DNA of 64,000 bases, taken from assembly GCA_049511615.1 (NCBI GenBank), contig JBEKXW010000001.1, positions 47,517-111,516 of the forward strand, in the 5' to 3' direction. A model generated the notes under the pieces. The model was not told the origin of the DNA. It saw only the letters and a program-made list of their open reading frames with translations, and made no database searches. A program made the position numbers and the translations under genes. Origin of the DNA: Candidatus Dormibacteria bacterium. GTDB taxonomy: Bacteria; Chloroflexota; Dormibacteria; Aeolococcales; Aeolococcaceae. Every line of letters begins with the position of its first letter. The stretch's first letter is position 1. Shown here one piece after another: positions 10,538 to 19,016 of this stretch.

Positions 10538-12306
10538 CCGCCCCCACCCCGCCGGCGGACGGCGACGTCGCTCTCGCCTGCATGGCTCAATTCGCCGGCG
10601 AGCTCCACCGCCAGGGCCTCCGCGACGTCTGCATCTCGCCGGGGTCGCGCTCCACCCCGGTGGCCCTCGCCTTCGCCCGGCACGGCGGCTTCCGGCCTCA
10701 TGTCCACCTCGACGAGCGCTCCTCCGCCTTCTTCGCGCTGGGCCTGGCCCGCGCCACCGGCCGGCCCGTCGCCGTCGTCTGCACCTCCGGGACCGCGGTG
10801 GCCAACTGGCTGCCGGCGGTGGTCGAGGCCTCGATGTCGGGCGTCCCCCTGCTGCTGCTCTCCGCCGACCGGCCCCCCGCGCTGCGCGGCACCGGGGCCA
10901 ACCAGACCATCGACCAGGTGGGCATCTTCGGGAGCTTCGTCCGCTGGTCGGTCGACGCCCCTCTTCCCGAGGAGGGCCCCGGCGCCGCCCGCTCCTGGCG
11001 CTCGCTGGCGGCCGAGGCGGTGGCCCGGGCGTGGGGCGAGCCCTCGGGGCCGGTGCACCTCAACCTGCCCTTCGCCGAGCCGCTGGTGCCGCTGGGGGCG
11101 GCCGTCGATCTCGGAGCCACGCCCCGACCCGGTCGCGGCGGCGGCCCGCCCCGGGCGGCGCTCCCGTCCACACCCGACCCGGGCGTGGTGGAGGAGCTGG
11201 CCGCGCTCATCGGCAAGACCGAGCGCGGACTGGTGCTGGCCGGCGGCCTGCCGTCACCCCGCGATGCCGGCGGCGCTTCCGCCATCGCCGGGCTGGCCGC
11301 CGCCGCCGGCTGGCCGCTGATCGCCGAGCCCGGGTCGGGCCTGCGCACCGGTCCGCCGGCGCTGGCGGCGGGGGTGCTGCTGCTCGGCGCCGCCGGCTTC
11401 GTCGAAGCCCACGCCCCCGACCTGCTGATCCAATTCGGCTCCACCCCCACCAGCCGGACCGCGCTCGCCGTGGCCGCCCGCGCCCGGCGCCTGGTCGTGG
11501 TGAGCCGGCCGGGAACCGCGGCCGACCCCGGGCGGGCCGCCTGGAAGACGGTGTGCTGCGATCCGCCCGTCCTGGCGGCGGCACTGACCGACCGGCTGGC
11601 GCGGCGAGCCGGGACGGCCTGGCTGCGCACCTGGTTCGAGGCCGACCGGCTGGCGGCGGCCACCGTCGCCGCCTGGATGGAGGAGCTCGGCGAGGAGCTC
11701 TTCGAGGGCCGGGTGGCGCGCGACCTCGCCGTCTGCCTCCCGGACGGCGCCACCCTCTTCGCCGGGTCGAGCATGCCGGTGCGCGACCTGGATGGCTTCA
11801 TGCTGCCGCGGAGCGGGCTGCGGGTGGTCGGCAACCGCGGCGCGAGCGGGATCGACGGGTCGTTGTCGACCGCGCTGGGGCTGGCGGCGGGCGCCGATCC
11901 ACCGGCCGGCGCGACCGGCACGCGCAGCTTCGCCCTGGTCGGCGACCTCGCCTTCCTGCATGACGCCGGGGCGCTGCTCTGGAGCTCAGGCCGCGGCCAC
12001 GATCTGGTCATTGTTGTCATCAACAATGAGGGCGGGGGGATCTTCGGTCTCCTGGACCAGTCCCGGCTCGCCGAGCACGAAGCGCTCTTCGCCACTCCTC
12101 ACGGCGTCGACATCGGTGCCGTGTGCGCCGCCGCCGGCGCCAGCCATCGCACCGTCACGCGTACCGCGGAGCTGGTGCCCGCCGTCACCGCCGCACGGGC
12201 GGCCGGCGGCGTCCAGGTGGTCGAGATCCGCACCGAACGCCGGCGCAACGCGGAGCTGCATCGGGCGGTGGCTGTCGCCGTCGAGGAGGCGGTGTCGGGC
12301 GCCTAA
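10534..12306 (+). CDS. menD: 2-succinyl-5-enolpyruvyl-6-hydroxy-3-cyclohexene-1-carboxylate synthase (MenD, ThDP-dependent)
   Basis: N-terminal block [19 protein letters not shown]...[14 protein letters not shown]...[18 protein letters not shown] is the MenD/ThDP pyrimidine-binding domain. GTG at 10534 overlaps the menC stop (GTGA). Track ORF 9769..12306 is over-extended. Confidence 0.85.
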   Translation: MTAPTPPADGDVALACMAQFAGELHRQGLRDVCISPGSRSTPVALAFARHGGFRPHVHLDERSSAFFALGLARATGRPVAVVCTSGTAVANWLPAVVEASMSGVPLLLLSADRPPALRGTGANQTIDQVGIFGSFVRWSVDAPLPEEGPGAARSWRSLAAEAVARAWGEPSGPVHLNLPFAEPLVPLGAAVDLGATPRPGRGGGPPRAALPSTPDPGVVEELAALIGKTERGLVLAGGLPSPRDAGGASAIAGLAAAAGWPLIAEPGSGLRTGPPALAAGVLLLGAAGFVEAHAPDLLIQFGSTPTSRTALAVAARARRLVVVSRPGTAADPGRAAWKTVCCDPPVLAAALTDRLARRAGTAWLRTWFEADRLAAATVAAWMEELGEELFEGRVARDLAVCLPDGATLFAGSSMPVRDLDGFMLPRSGLRVVGNRGASGIDGSLSTALGLAAGADPPAGATGTRSFALVGDLAFLHDAGALLWSSGRGHDLVIVVINNEGGGIFGLLDQSRLAEHEALFATPHGVDIGAVCAAAGASHRTVTRTAELVPAVTAARAAGGVQVVEIRTERRRNAELHRAVAVAVEEAVSGA

Positions 12307-12728
12307 CGGCGTCGCGTTTCGGTGAGCTTCTCCAAGCGGCGCGCGTTCTCCACCATCCCCCGGATGGCCTGCAGGCTCGCCTCGGACAGACCGGAGGAGG
12401 CAAGCGCGATCGCCCTGACCCCCGCATCGCGCATCACCGCGAGCAGGGCGAGCTGGGCCTGGCTGTCGGTGTCCGACACCTCGTCGAAGAAGTAGCCGGG
12501 GTTCACCCCGAAGAAGCGGGCCAGGGCCTCGAGGTGCGCTTTGGTCGGGTTGGTCCGGAGGCCCCTGCGGAGCTGCCAGAGGTAGGTTGCGGACACGGTC
12601 GGGCCGCCCACCCGCTGGAGTGCCGCGGCGACCTCGGCGTTGCTGAGCGGTGGCCGCCCGGCAGGGTGCACCGTCTGGAAGAGGCGTTCGAGCTTCTCGG
12701 CGAGGCTCGGGCTCCCCTCAAACTTCAT
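12303..12728 (-). CDS. EspR-like nucleoid-associated HTH transcriptional regulator
   Basis: [37 protein letters not shown]...[37 protein letters not shown] aligns with mycobacterial EspR (FAARLNRLFDTVYPPGR...SAPYLSQLRSGNRTNP...AALANFF). ATG at 12728. Confidence 0.7.
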   Translation of the reverse strand: MKFEGSPSLAEKLERLFQTVHPAGRPPLSNAEVAAALQRVGGPTVSATYLWQLRRGLRTNPTKAHLEALARFFGVNPGYFFDEVSDTDSQAQLALLAVMRDAGVRAIALASSGLSEASLQAIRGMVENARRLEKLTETRRR

Positions 12729-12844
12729 CGACGCTCCCCTCGTCAACTCGCAGTAGTCATAGCACACCGCCCCGATCCAGTCGAGTTGATGCGAATCCCG
12801 ACCCCCAAAGTCAAGATTCGCCCTTCACCGGGTAGACTTCGCCC

Positions 12845-14041
12845 ATGTCCCAAACCTCCCGAGATCTGCTCGCCGCCGCGCGCCGGACCGTCCGCGAGCT
12901 GACCCCCCACCAGGTGCGGGAGACCGGGGAGCGGGTTCTGATCGACGTCCGCGAGCAGGACGAGTGGGACCAGGGCCACATCCCCGGGGCGCTCCACCTG
13001 AGCAAGGGATACATCGAGATGCGGATCGAGGAGACGGTGCCCGACCGCTCCACCCCGATCACGCTCTACTGCGCCGCCGGGGTCCGCTCCCTGTTCGCCG
13101 CCCAGGTGCTCGACGGGATGGGCTACCACGACGTCGCCTCCATGTCGGGGGGCTTCGACGCCTGGAAGCAGGCCGGTTATGAGTTCGTGATCCCCCGAGC
13201 CCTGACCGTCGAGCAGAAGCTCCGCTACAGCCGCCACCTGCTCATGCCCGAGATCGGCGAGGAGGGCCAGGCCAAGCTCCTCGAGGCCAGGGTGCTGCTC
13301 ATCGGCACCGGCGGGCTGGGCTCGCCGGCCGCCCTCTACCTGGCCGCCGCCGGGGTGGGGACCCTCGGGCTGGTCGACTTCGACACCGTCGAGGTGAGCA
13401 ACCTGCAGCGCCAGATCCTCCACACCCAGGACCGGATCGGCATGCCCAAGACCCAGTCCGCCAGGATCGCCCTCAACGCGCTCAACCCCGACGTCCGGGT
13501 GGTCGAGCACGACGAGATCCTGAACAGCGAGAGCGCTCCCCGGCTCTTCCGCCAGTACGACATCATCGTCAACGGCTGCGACAACTTTCCGACCCGCTAC
13601 CTGGCCAACGACGTCGCCATCTTCGAGCGCAAGCCGCTGGTGGACGGCGGCATCTTCCGCTTCGAGGGTCAGGTGTCCACCATCCTGCCCTTCACGTCGC
13701 CTTGCTACCGCTGCCGCTACCCGGCGCCGCCGCCGCCCGAGGAGGCGCCGTCCTGCGCCGAGGCGGGGGTGCTCGGCGTGCTGCCCGGCATCGTCGGCGT
13801 GCTCCAGGCGACCGAGGTGGTCAAGCTGATCCTCGGGGTCGGCGCGCCGCTCACCGGACGCCTGCTCCACATCGACGCCCTGGACATGCGCTTCCGCGAG
13901 TTCCGCGTGCCCCGCGATCCCGAGTGCCCGGTCTGCGGTGAGCACCCGACCATCACCGAGCCGATCGACTACGAGGGCTTCTGCGCGGTCCCGCTCACCC
14001 GTCCCGCGGCGGCTCCCCCGGCGCTCGCGACCGCCGGCTGA
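12845..14041 (+). CDS. rhodanese-domain / ThiF-MoeB-type E1-like adenylyltransferase fusion (rhodanese N-terminal)
   Basis: Residues ~1-110 form a rhodanese domain with catalytic Cys (LYCAAGVRS). The rest is ThiF/MoeB (LLIGTGGLGSPAALYLAAAGVGTLGLVDFD, RQILH) with two CxxC pairs (CYRC, CPVC). Confidence 0.85.
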   Translation: MSQTSRDLLAAARRTVRELTPHQVRETGERVLIDVREQDEWDQGHIPGALHLSKGYIEMRIEETVPDRSTPITLYCAAGVRSLFAAQVLDGMGYHDVASMSGGFDAWKQAGYEFVIPRALTVEQKLRYSRHLLMPEIGEEGQAKLLEARVLLIGTGGLGSPAALYLAAAGVGTLGLVDFDTVEVSNLQRQILHTQDRIGMPKTQSARIALNALNPDVRVVEHDEILNSESAPRLFRQYDIIVNGCDNFPTRYLANDVAIFERKPLVDGGIFRFEGQVSTILPFTSPCYRCRYPAPPPPEEAPSCAEAGVLGVLPGIVGVLQATEVVKLILGVGAPLTGRLLHIDALDMRFREFRVPRDPECPVCGEHPTITEPIDYEGFCAVPLTRPAAAPPALATAG

Positions 14042-14085
14042 GCTGAGCCTGCACCCGAGCGGTGCGGCCAAGCCCAGCGCCCGGC

Positions 14086-14925
14086 TCAGCCGATCCTGTC
14101 CAGGAACCCGCGCAGCGCCGCGGTGAATGCGGGCGGGTCCTCGAGGTTGGTGAGGTGGCCCAGGCCGGGGAGGACGGCCAGCTCACCCCGGGGCAGGGCG
14201 GCGGCCACCGCGCGGGCCTCCTCGAGGCCCACGATGGCGTCCTGCTCGCCGTGGATCACGAGCGCGGGCACGTCCACCGAACCGAGCAGTGCCGTGCTGT
14301 CGGGCCGGACGGCCATCGCGGACTGGCAGGCGGCGATCCCCGCCGGCCGGCAGCGGCGGATCCGTCCCACCACCGGATCGGAGATGTGGGGGTCGTCGCG
14401 CGCCCGGGGGCCGAGCAGCCGCTTGACCATCGGGACGGCGGTCTCCACCCCGTCCCGCAGCGCCAGGAGGGCCATCCTGTGCCGGTTCTCCGCCTGCTCC
14501 GGGGTGTCGGCGGAGGCCCGCGTGGAGGCCAGCACCAGGGCGCGCACCCGCTCGGGGGCCAGGCGCAGCAGCGCCAGCGCGGCGTATCCACCCATGGACA
14601 GGCCGACCGTCACCACCTCGCCCACCCCGGCAGCGTCGAGGCTGCGCAGCACCGCGCCGGCGTAGCCGTCGAGGGTGGCGCTGAGCGGCTCGGCCAGCTC
14701 GGGCGATCCCCCGCACCCCCACATGTCCGGGCGGAGGCAGCGGAAGTCGCCGGAGAGAGCCGCCACCTGGTGATCCCACTGCGAGGCGTCCAGGGGGAAG
14801 GCGTGGAGGAGGAGGAGCGCGGGTCCGGCGCCGGTGTCGTGGACGGCGGGAGCGGGCGGCGTCTGAGGATCACGGGCCGGGTCGGGCGCCGGCCCCGGGG
14901 ACGAGCGGCCGCCGCCCTCCCTCAT
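14086..14925 (-). CDS. alpha/beta-fold hydrolase
   Basis: ALLLLHAFP...GLSMGGYAAL (GxSxG nucleophile elbow)...VIHGEQD. True start possibly internal. Confidence 0.7.
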   Translation of the reverse strand: MREGGGRSSPGPAPDPARDPQTPPAPAVHDTGAGPALLLLHAFPLDASQWDHQVAALSGDFRCLRPDMWGCGGSPELAEPLSATLDGYAGAVLRSLDAAGVGEVVTVGLSMGGYAALALLRLAPERVRALVLASTRASADTPEQAENRHRMALLALRDGVETAVPMVKRLLGPRARDDPHISDPVVGRIRRCRPAGIAACQSAMAVRPDSTALLGSVDVPALVIHGEQDAIVGLEEARAVAAALPRGELAVLPGLGHLTNLEDPPAFTAALRGFLDRIG

Positions 14926-14929
14926 TGAT

Positions 14930-16171
14930 TCAGGCGCTGTTGGAGATGGGTTGGAGCGGGAAGTCCTCGTCCAGCGTCGCCGGCTCGATGTGGGTCCGGG
15001 CGTGCCGCTCGACGTCGCGCAGCTTGAGGATCTCGGCCGGCGTGATCAGGGTGATGGCGACCCCGCTGCGTCCCGCCCGCCCGGTCCGGCCCACGCGGTG
15101 GAGGTAGTCGTCCGGAGTGGAGGGGATGTCGTAGTTGATGACGTGGCTGATGTCGTCGATGTCGAGGCCGCGCGCGGCCACGTTGGTGGCGATCAGCGAG
15201 CGCACGTGGGTGGCGACGAACCGGCGCATCGCCTCGTCGCGCTCCTTCTGGCTCAGATCGCCGTGCAGGACGCCGACCGTGTAGCCGCGCCGCTCGATCT
15301 GCACCTGGAGCAGGTCCGCGGTTCGCTTGGTCTCCACGAAGATGAGCGCCATGGTGACGTCGGGCTGGTCGAGGATGCGGCAGAGGGTGTCGACCTTGTC
15401 GGCCCAACTGGTGCGCACGTAGAGCTGGCGGACCTCTCCGGGGATCTCGGGCCGGGTGCTGACCTCGACCGTCACCGGCTCGTGCATGTGGCGGGCGGCG
15501 ATCCGGCGCACCCACTCCGGCATGGTGGCGCTGAACAGGAGCGTCTGGCGCTGCCGCGGGCACTCGCGCAGGATCGCCTCGACGTCGGGGGCGAAGCCCA
15601 TGTCGAGCATCCGGTCGGCCTCGTCCAGGACCGCGATCCGGATGCCTGTCAGCGACAGCGAGCGCCGCTGAAGGTGATCGCGGAGCCGGCCCGGGGTCGC
15701 CACCACGATCTGCGGATGACGGCGCAGAACGTCCATCTGGCGGGCCATGGAGTCGCCGCCGTAGATCGCCAGCGTGCGCAGCCGGCCCGCCGACAACCGG
15801 GCGAGGTCGTCGTGGACCTGGACCGCCAGCTCGCGGGTCGGACAGAGGACGAGCGCCTGCAGCGTGTCGCTGCTTGCGTCCAGGCGCTCCACCATCGGAA
15901 TCCCGAAGGCGGCCGTCTTGCCGCTGCCGGTGTGGGCCTGGCCGATGACGTCGCTCCCGGCCAGCGCCGGCGGAATGGCGCCGGTCTGGATCGGCGTGGT
16001 CTGCACAAAGCCCAGCTCGGCCACGGTGCGCAGCATCGCGGGGCTCAGTCCGAGGCTCTCGAAGCTCTGGGGAGAGTAGAGCGTGTCTCGGTCCTCTTCC
16101 GCTGCGACAGGAGTGGGTCGGGGTCTGAGGACCGGCGGTCGCCGTGACCGCATGGTGGTGGAGGAACGCAA
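14930..16171 (-). CDS. DEAD-box ATP-dependent RNA helicase
   Basis: Q-motif (TPIQ), AHTGSGKT, PTRELA, DEAD, SAT and HRVGRTGRAG motifs all present. Confidence 0.9.
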   Translation of the reverse strand: MRSSTTMRSRRPPVLRPRPTPVAAEEDRDTLYSPQSFESLGLSPAMLRTVAELGFVQTTPIQTGAIPPALAGSDVIGQAHTGSGKTAAFGIPMVERLDASSDTLQALVLCPTRELAVQVHDDLARLSAGRLRTLAIYGGDSMARQMDVLRRHPQIVVATPGRLRDHLQRRSLSLTGIRIAVLDEADRMLDMGFAPDVEAILRECPRQRQTLLFSATMPEWVRRIAARHMHEPVTVEVSTRPEIPGEVRQLYVRTSWADKVDTLCRILDQPDVTMALIFVETKRTADLLQVQIERRGYTVGVLHGDLSQKERDEAMRRFVATHVRSLIATNVAARGLDIDDISHVINYDIPSTPDDYLHRVGRTGRAGRSGVAITLITPAEILKLRDVERHARTHIEPATLDEDFPLQPISNSA

Positions 16172-16358
16172 ACTTGAGGATCAGTCTAACCGAGAGCCGG
16201 CGTTCCGGGACTCCTGGGGGCGGATCGGGACATTCGACCGCTCGGCGCCCGCGCCTCCGGGGCCGGTCCCGGCGCGCCGGGGTCCCCCGCCGAGGTCCGT
16301 CCGTCCTGCCACCGTCGGGCCCTGAGACCGCGGCGGTCGCCGGGTCCTGACCCGTACG

Positions 16359-17354
16359 ATGGGTGCGATGCCCGCGGTCCTGTGCACGCTGCCGCTCCCC
16401 GATCCCTTCACGGCGCTGATCTCCCCGGCCGCCTCGCTCCGGGTGCTGGGCCGGCTCCCCGGACACGCCGAGCTGTGCAGCGCGCTCCGGGAGGACCCCG
16501 CCGACATCCTCTGCCCCCAGCTCGCCGACGTCATCGACGCGGCGGTCCTCGACGCCGGCCTGCCCCGCCTGCGGGGCGTGTGCGTGTACGCCGTCGGCTA
16601 CAACAACGTGGACGTCACCGCCGCGACCGAGCGCGCGATCGCGGTCGGCCACACCCCCGGGGTGCTCACCGATGTCACCGCCGACCTCACCATGGCCCTG
16701 CTGCTGGCGGTGGCGCGGCGCGTCGTCGAGGGCGACACGGCCATGCGCACCGGCAGTTTCCGGGGCTGGGAGCCCGGCTACATGCTGGGGATGGAGCTGC
16801 GGGACGCGCTGCTCGGGATCGTCGGCTTCGGCCGGATCGGCCAGGCGGTGGCACGCCGCGCCCGTGGATTCGGGATGCGGCTGGCCGCCCACGGCCGCCA
16901 CGGCGTCCAGGTCCCCGAAGATCTCGCCGGGTCTGTCCAGATCTTCGACGACCTCGATCGCCTCCTCGCCGCGAGCGATGTGGTCTCGCTCCACACCCCC
17001 CTCACCCCGGAGACGCGCCACCTCATCGACGAGTCCGCCCTGCGGCGGATGAAGCCCACCGCGATCCTGGTCAACGCCGCGCGCGGTCCGGTGGTCGATG
17101 AGCGGGCGCTGGTCAGGGCCCTCCGGGAGGGTTGGATCGCCGGCTGCGGGCTGGACGTGTACGAGGACGAGCCACGGGTGGCGGCGGGGCTGACCGAGTG
17201 CCGCAACGTGGTGCTGACGCCCCACCTCGGCAGCGCCACGGTGAGGGCGCGCTCCGCGATGGCCGAGCTGACCGCCGCCAACGCCCTCGCGGTGCTGGCG
17301 GGTGATCTGCCTGTCCACTGCGTCAACCCCGAGGTCGCCGGGGTGCGCCGGTGA
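16359..17354 (+). CDS. D-isomer-specific 2-hydroxyacid dehydrogenase (glyoxylate/hydroxypyruvate reductase-like)
   Basis: GIVGFGRIGQAVARRA NAD-binding loop and catalytic R/E/H context (NAARGPVVDE...LDVYEDEP...TPHLGSAT). Confidence 0.85.
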   Translation: MGAMPAVLCTLPLPDPFTALISPAASLRVLGRLPGHAELCSALREDPADILCPQLADVIDAAVLDAGLPRLRGVCVYAVGYNNVDVTAATERAIAVGHTPGVLTDVTADLTMALLLAVARRVVEGDTAMRTGSFRGWEPGYMLGMELRDALLGIVGFGRIGQAVARRARGFGMRLAAHGRHGVQVPEDLAGSVQIFDDLDRLLAASDVVSLHTPLTPETRHLIDESALRRMKPTAILVNAARGPVVDERALVRALREGWIAGCGLDVYEDEPRVAAGLTECRNVVLTPHLGSATVRARSAMAELTAANALAVLAGDLPVHCVNPEVAGVRR

Positions 17355-18229
17355 CGGTTCGCGGCGCCCCCCCTCCGCTCGCCGAGGCGATCCTGCCCGA
17401 CCGGGTCGAGATGGTCGTCCTCGACCTGGATGGGACCTGCCTCGACTTCCACCAGCAGCTCCATCCCCGGATCGAGGCCGCGGTCCGCCAGGCGGGGGAG
17501 CGGGTGCCGGTGGTCATCGCCAGCGGGCGGATGTACCGCTCCGCGCTCCCCTGGGCGCGCCGCCTCGGGGTCCGGGCTCCCCTGATCTGCTACCAGGGCG
17601 CGCTGGTCCAGGCCATGCCGGACCCCGATCCCGGAGACGGCCTGGCCTATGGCCGGGTGGTCGCCACCGAGGTCCTCGACGCCGCCACGGCACAGCGGGC
17701 GATCGCCGTCGCCCGGGAGCACGGCTGGCACCGCCAGGCCTACGTCGACGACAACCTGCTCTGCGAGGAGGACCGTCCCGAGGCCCGCCTCTACGCCGGG
17801 GTCGGCGCCGTCCCCATCCAGTTCGTGGACGACCTCGCGCTGGCCATCGCCGGTGGGACGGTCAAGGTCGTCTGCGTGGTCCTCGACTCCGAGGAGGCGG
17901 TGCGCTGCCGGGTCTCGATGACCGCGGCGTTGGGAGCGCGGGCCCGGGTGACCCCGTCCTACCCGCAGTTCATCGAGATCGCCTCCCCCCGGGCCGGCAA
18001 GGGCCCGGCGGTGCGGCGGGTGGCCGGGGCCCTCGGCGTCGAGCTCTCCCGCGCGGTCGCCATCGGGGACGCCCCCAACGACTCGGACATGCTGGAGACC
18101 GTGGGGTTCGGGGTGGCGGTCGAGGGCGCGCTGGACGAGGTCCTCGAGGGCGCCGACTGCACCTGCCCGCCCCCCACGGAGGGCGGCGTCGCCGACGTCC
18201 TGGTCGCCCTCGGCCTGGCTCGCCCGTAG
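17351..18229 (+). CDS. HAD-superfamily hydrolase, Cof-like (HAD-IIB) phosphatase
   Basis: VVLDLDGTCLD (DxDGT motif I)...GDAPNDSDM (motif IV). GTG start overlaps the upstream stop. Confidence 0.8.
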   Translation: MTVRGAPPPLAEAILPDRVEMVVLDLDGTCLDFHQQLHPRIEAAVRQAGERVPVVIASGRMYRSALPWARRLGVRAPLICYQGALVQAMPDPDPGDGLAYGRVVATEVLDAATAQRAIAVAREHGWHRQAYVDDNLLCEEDRPEARLYAGVGAVPIQFVDDLALAIAGGTVKVVCVVLDSEEAVRCRVSMTAALGARARVTPSYPQFIEIASPRAGKGPAVRRVAGALGVELSRAVAIGDAPNDSDMLETVGFGVAVEGALDEVLEGADCTCPPPTEGGVADVLVALGLARP

Positions 18230-18230
18230 G

Positions 18231-18345
18231 GTCGGGGGAAGCCCTCGCCGGTTCGCGGGAAAGCCCTTCCGGGGGGGCGGGAAACCCTGTCCAGGATCGG
18301 GGGAAAGCCTTTCAAGATCGGGGGAAAACCCGGATTCGGGAGCCC
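18231..18345. repeat. five tandem imperfect ~21-23-bp direct repeats, core CGGGGGAAAGCCC
   Basis: ggtcgggggaagccctcgcc / ggttcgcgggaaagcccttcc / gggggggcgggaaaccctgtcc / aggatcgggggaaagcctttca / agatcgggggaaaacccggattc, read directly from the sequence. Lies in the 142-bp spacer upstream of the 18372 gene. Confidence 0.6.
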
Positions 18346-18371
18346 CCTCGCGCGCGCTCTAATCGACCCCG

Positions 18372-18911
18372 ATGTCCATCACCGAGTCCGGCACCTATCG
18401 ACGTCCCGAAGGGGGGGCTTCCATCTGGAGGCTGCCGGACGAGGCCGACCCCCGGCAGCTCATCGCCGCGCGCCACCTCCTGCGTGTGGAGGCCTACCTG
18501 GCCCCGGTCGGCGGCGGGCTGCTGGCGGGCCTGGCCCTGAGCGGGGCCGGAGCCTCGCCCATCGAGGACTGGCGGGTCTCGGGGGCCGGCCTCGCCCTCT
18601 GCGTCCTCCTGGTCGGCGCCGCGAGCGCCTGCTGGGTCGCGGTGAGCGTCCGGGTCGGACAGCGGGCGTGGGCGTACCGGGTCGCATTGGCCCTCCAGGT
18701 GGGGCTGATCCTGGCGGCGGTGGCGGGGCCCGGCGGGGCGATCAGCACGGCGCAGCAGAGCGGCGCCCCCGCTCCCGGGAGCCCTGCCCTCCTCCTCCCC
18801 TTTGGTCTCCTCTTCGTGGTGCCGGTCGCCACCCTCGTGCTGCTGCTGCATCCCGCCTCCCGCGGCTCCACCCCTACGGACCGCCGAGGGGGCGCTCCGT
18901 CGGGCCGCTAG
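18372..18911 (+). CDS. hypothetical integral membrane protein (3-4 predicted TM segments)
   Basis: Track ORF with hydrophobic helices (LLAGLALSGAGAS, LALCVLLVGAASACWVAV, LALQVGLILAAVAG, LLLPFGLLFVVPVATLVLLL). No recognisable family. Confidence 0.4.
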   Translation: MSITESGTYRRPEGGASIWRLPDEADPRQLIAARHLLRVEAYLAPVGGGLLAGLALSGAGASPIEDWRVSGAGLALCVLLVGAASACWVAVSVRVGQRAWAYRVALALQVGLILAAVAGPGGAISTAQQSGAPAPGSPALLLPFGLLFVVPVATLVLLLHPASRGSTPTDRRGGAPSGR

Positions 18912-19016
18912 GAGGCGGTCTCCCCCCGCCTCCGGCGGCCCCCTCGGGGGCCTGCAGGGCCGGGGGTGCCGCTGCGCCGCCCTTCACCCTGCCGGCGCCG
19001 CGGTGCGGGCGGGACG

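Noticed and set aside
9769-12306. 845-aa ORF read as a giant MenD
   Set aside because: The first 255 codons overlap menC in another frame and translate to Arg/Gly/Pro junk. MenD homology begins at the GTG at 10534, which overlaps the menC stop.
12768-12844. Small divergent-promoter inverted repeat GCGAATC(N21)GATTCGC read as a transposon terminal inverted repeat
   Set aside because: It is only a 7-bp arm inside a 77-bp promoter spacer between two chromosomal genes. No transposase is nearby. More likely an operator, mentioned under the rhodanese-ThiF finding.
18231-18345. Possible CRISPR array
   Set aside because: The repeats are contiguous with no unique spacers, and the unit (~22 bp) is too short and degenerate. 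No cas genes are nearby. Treated as a regulatory or satellite repeat instead.
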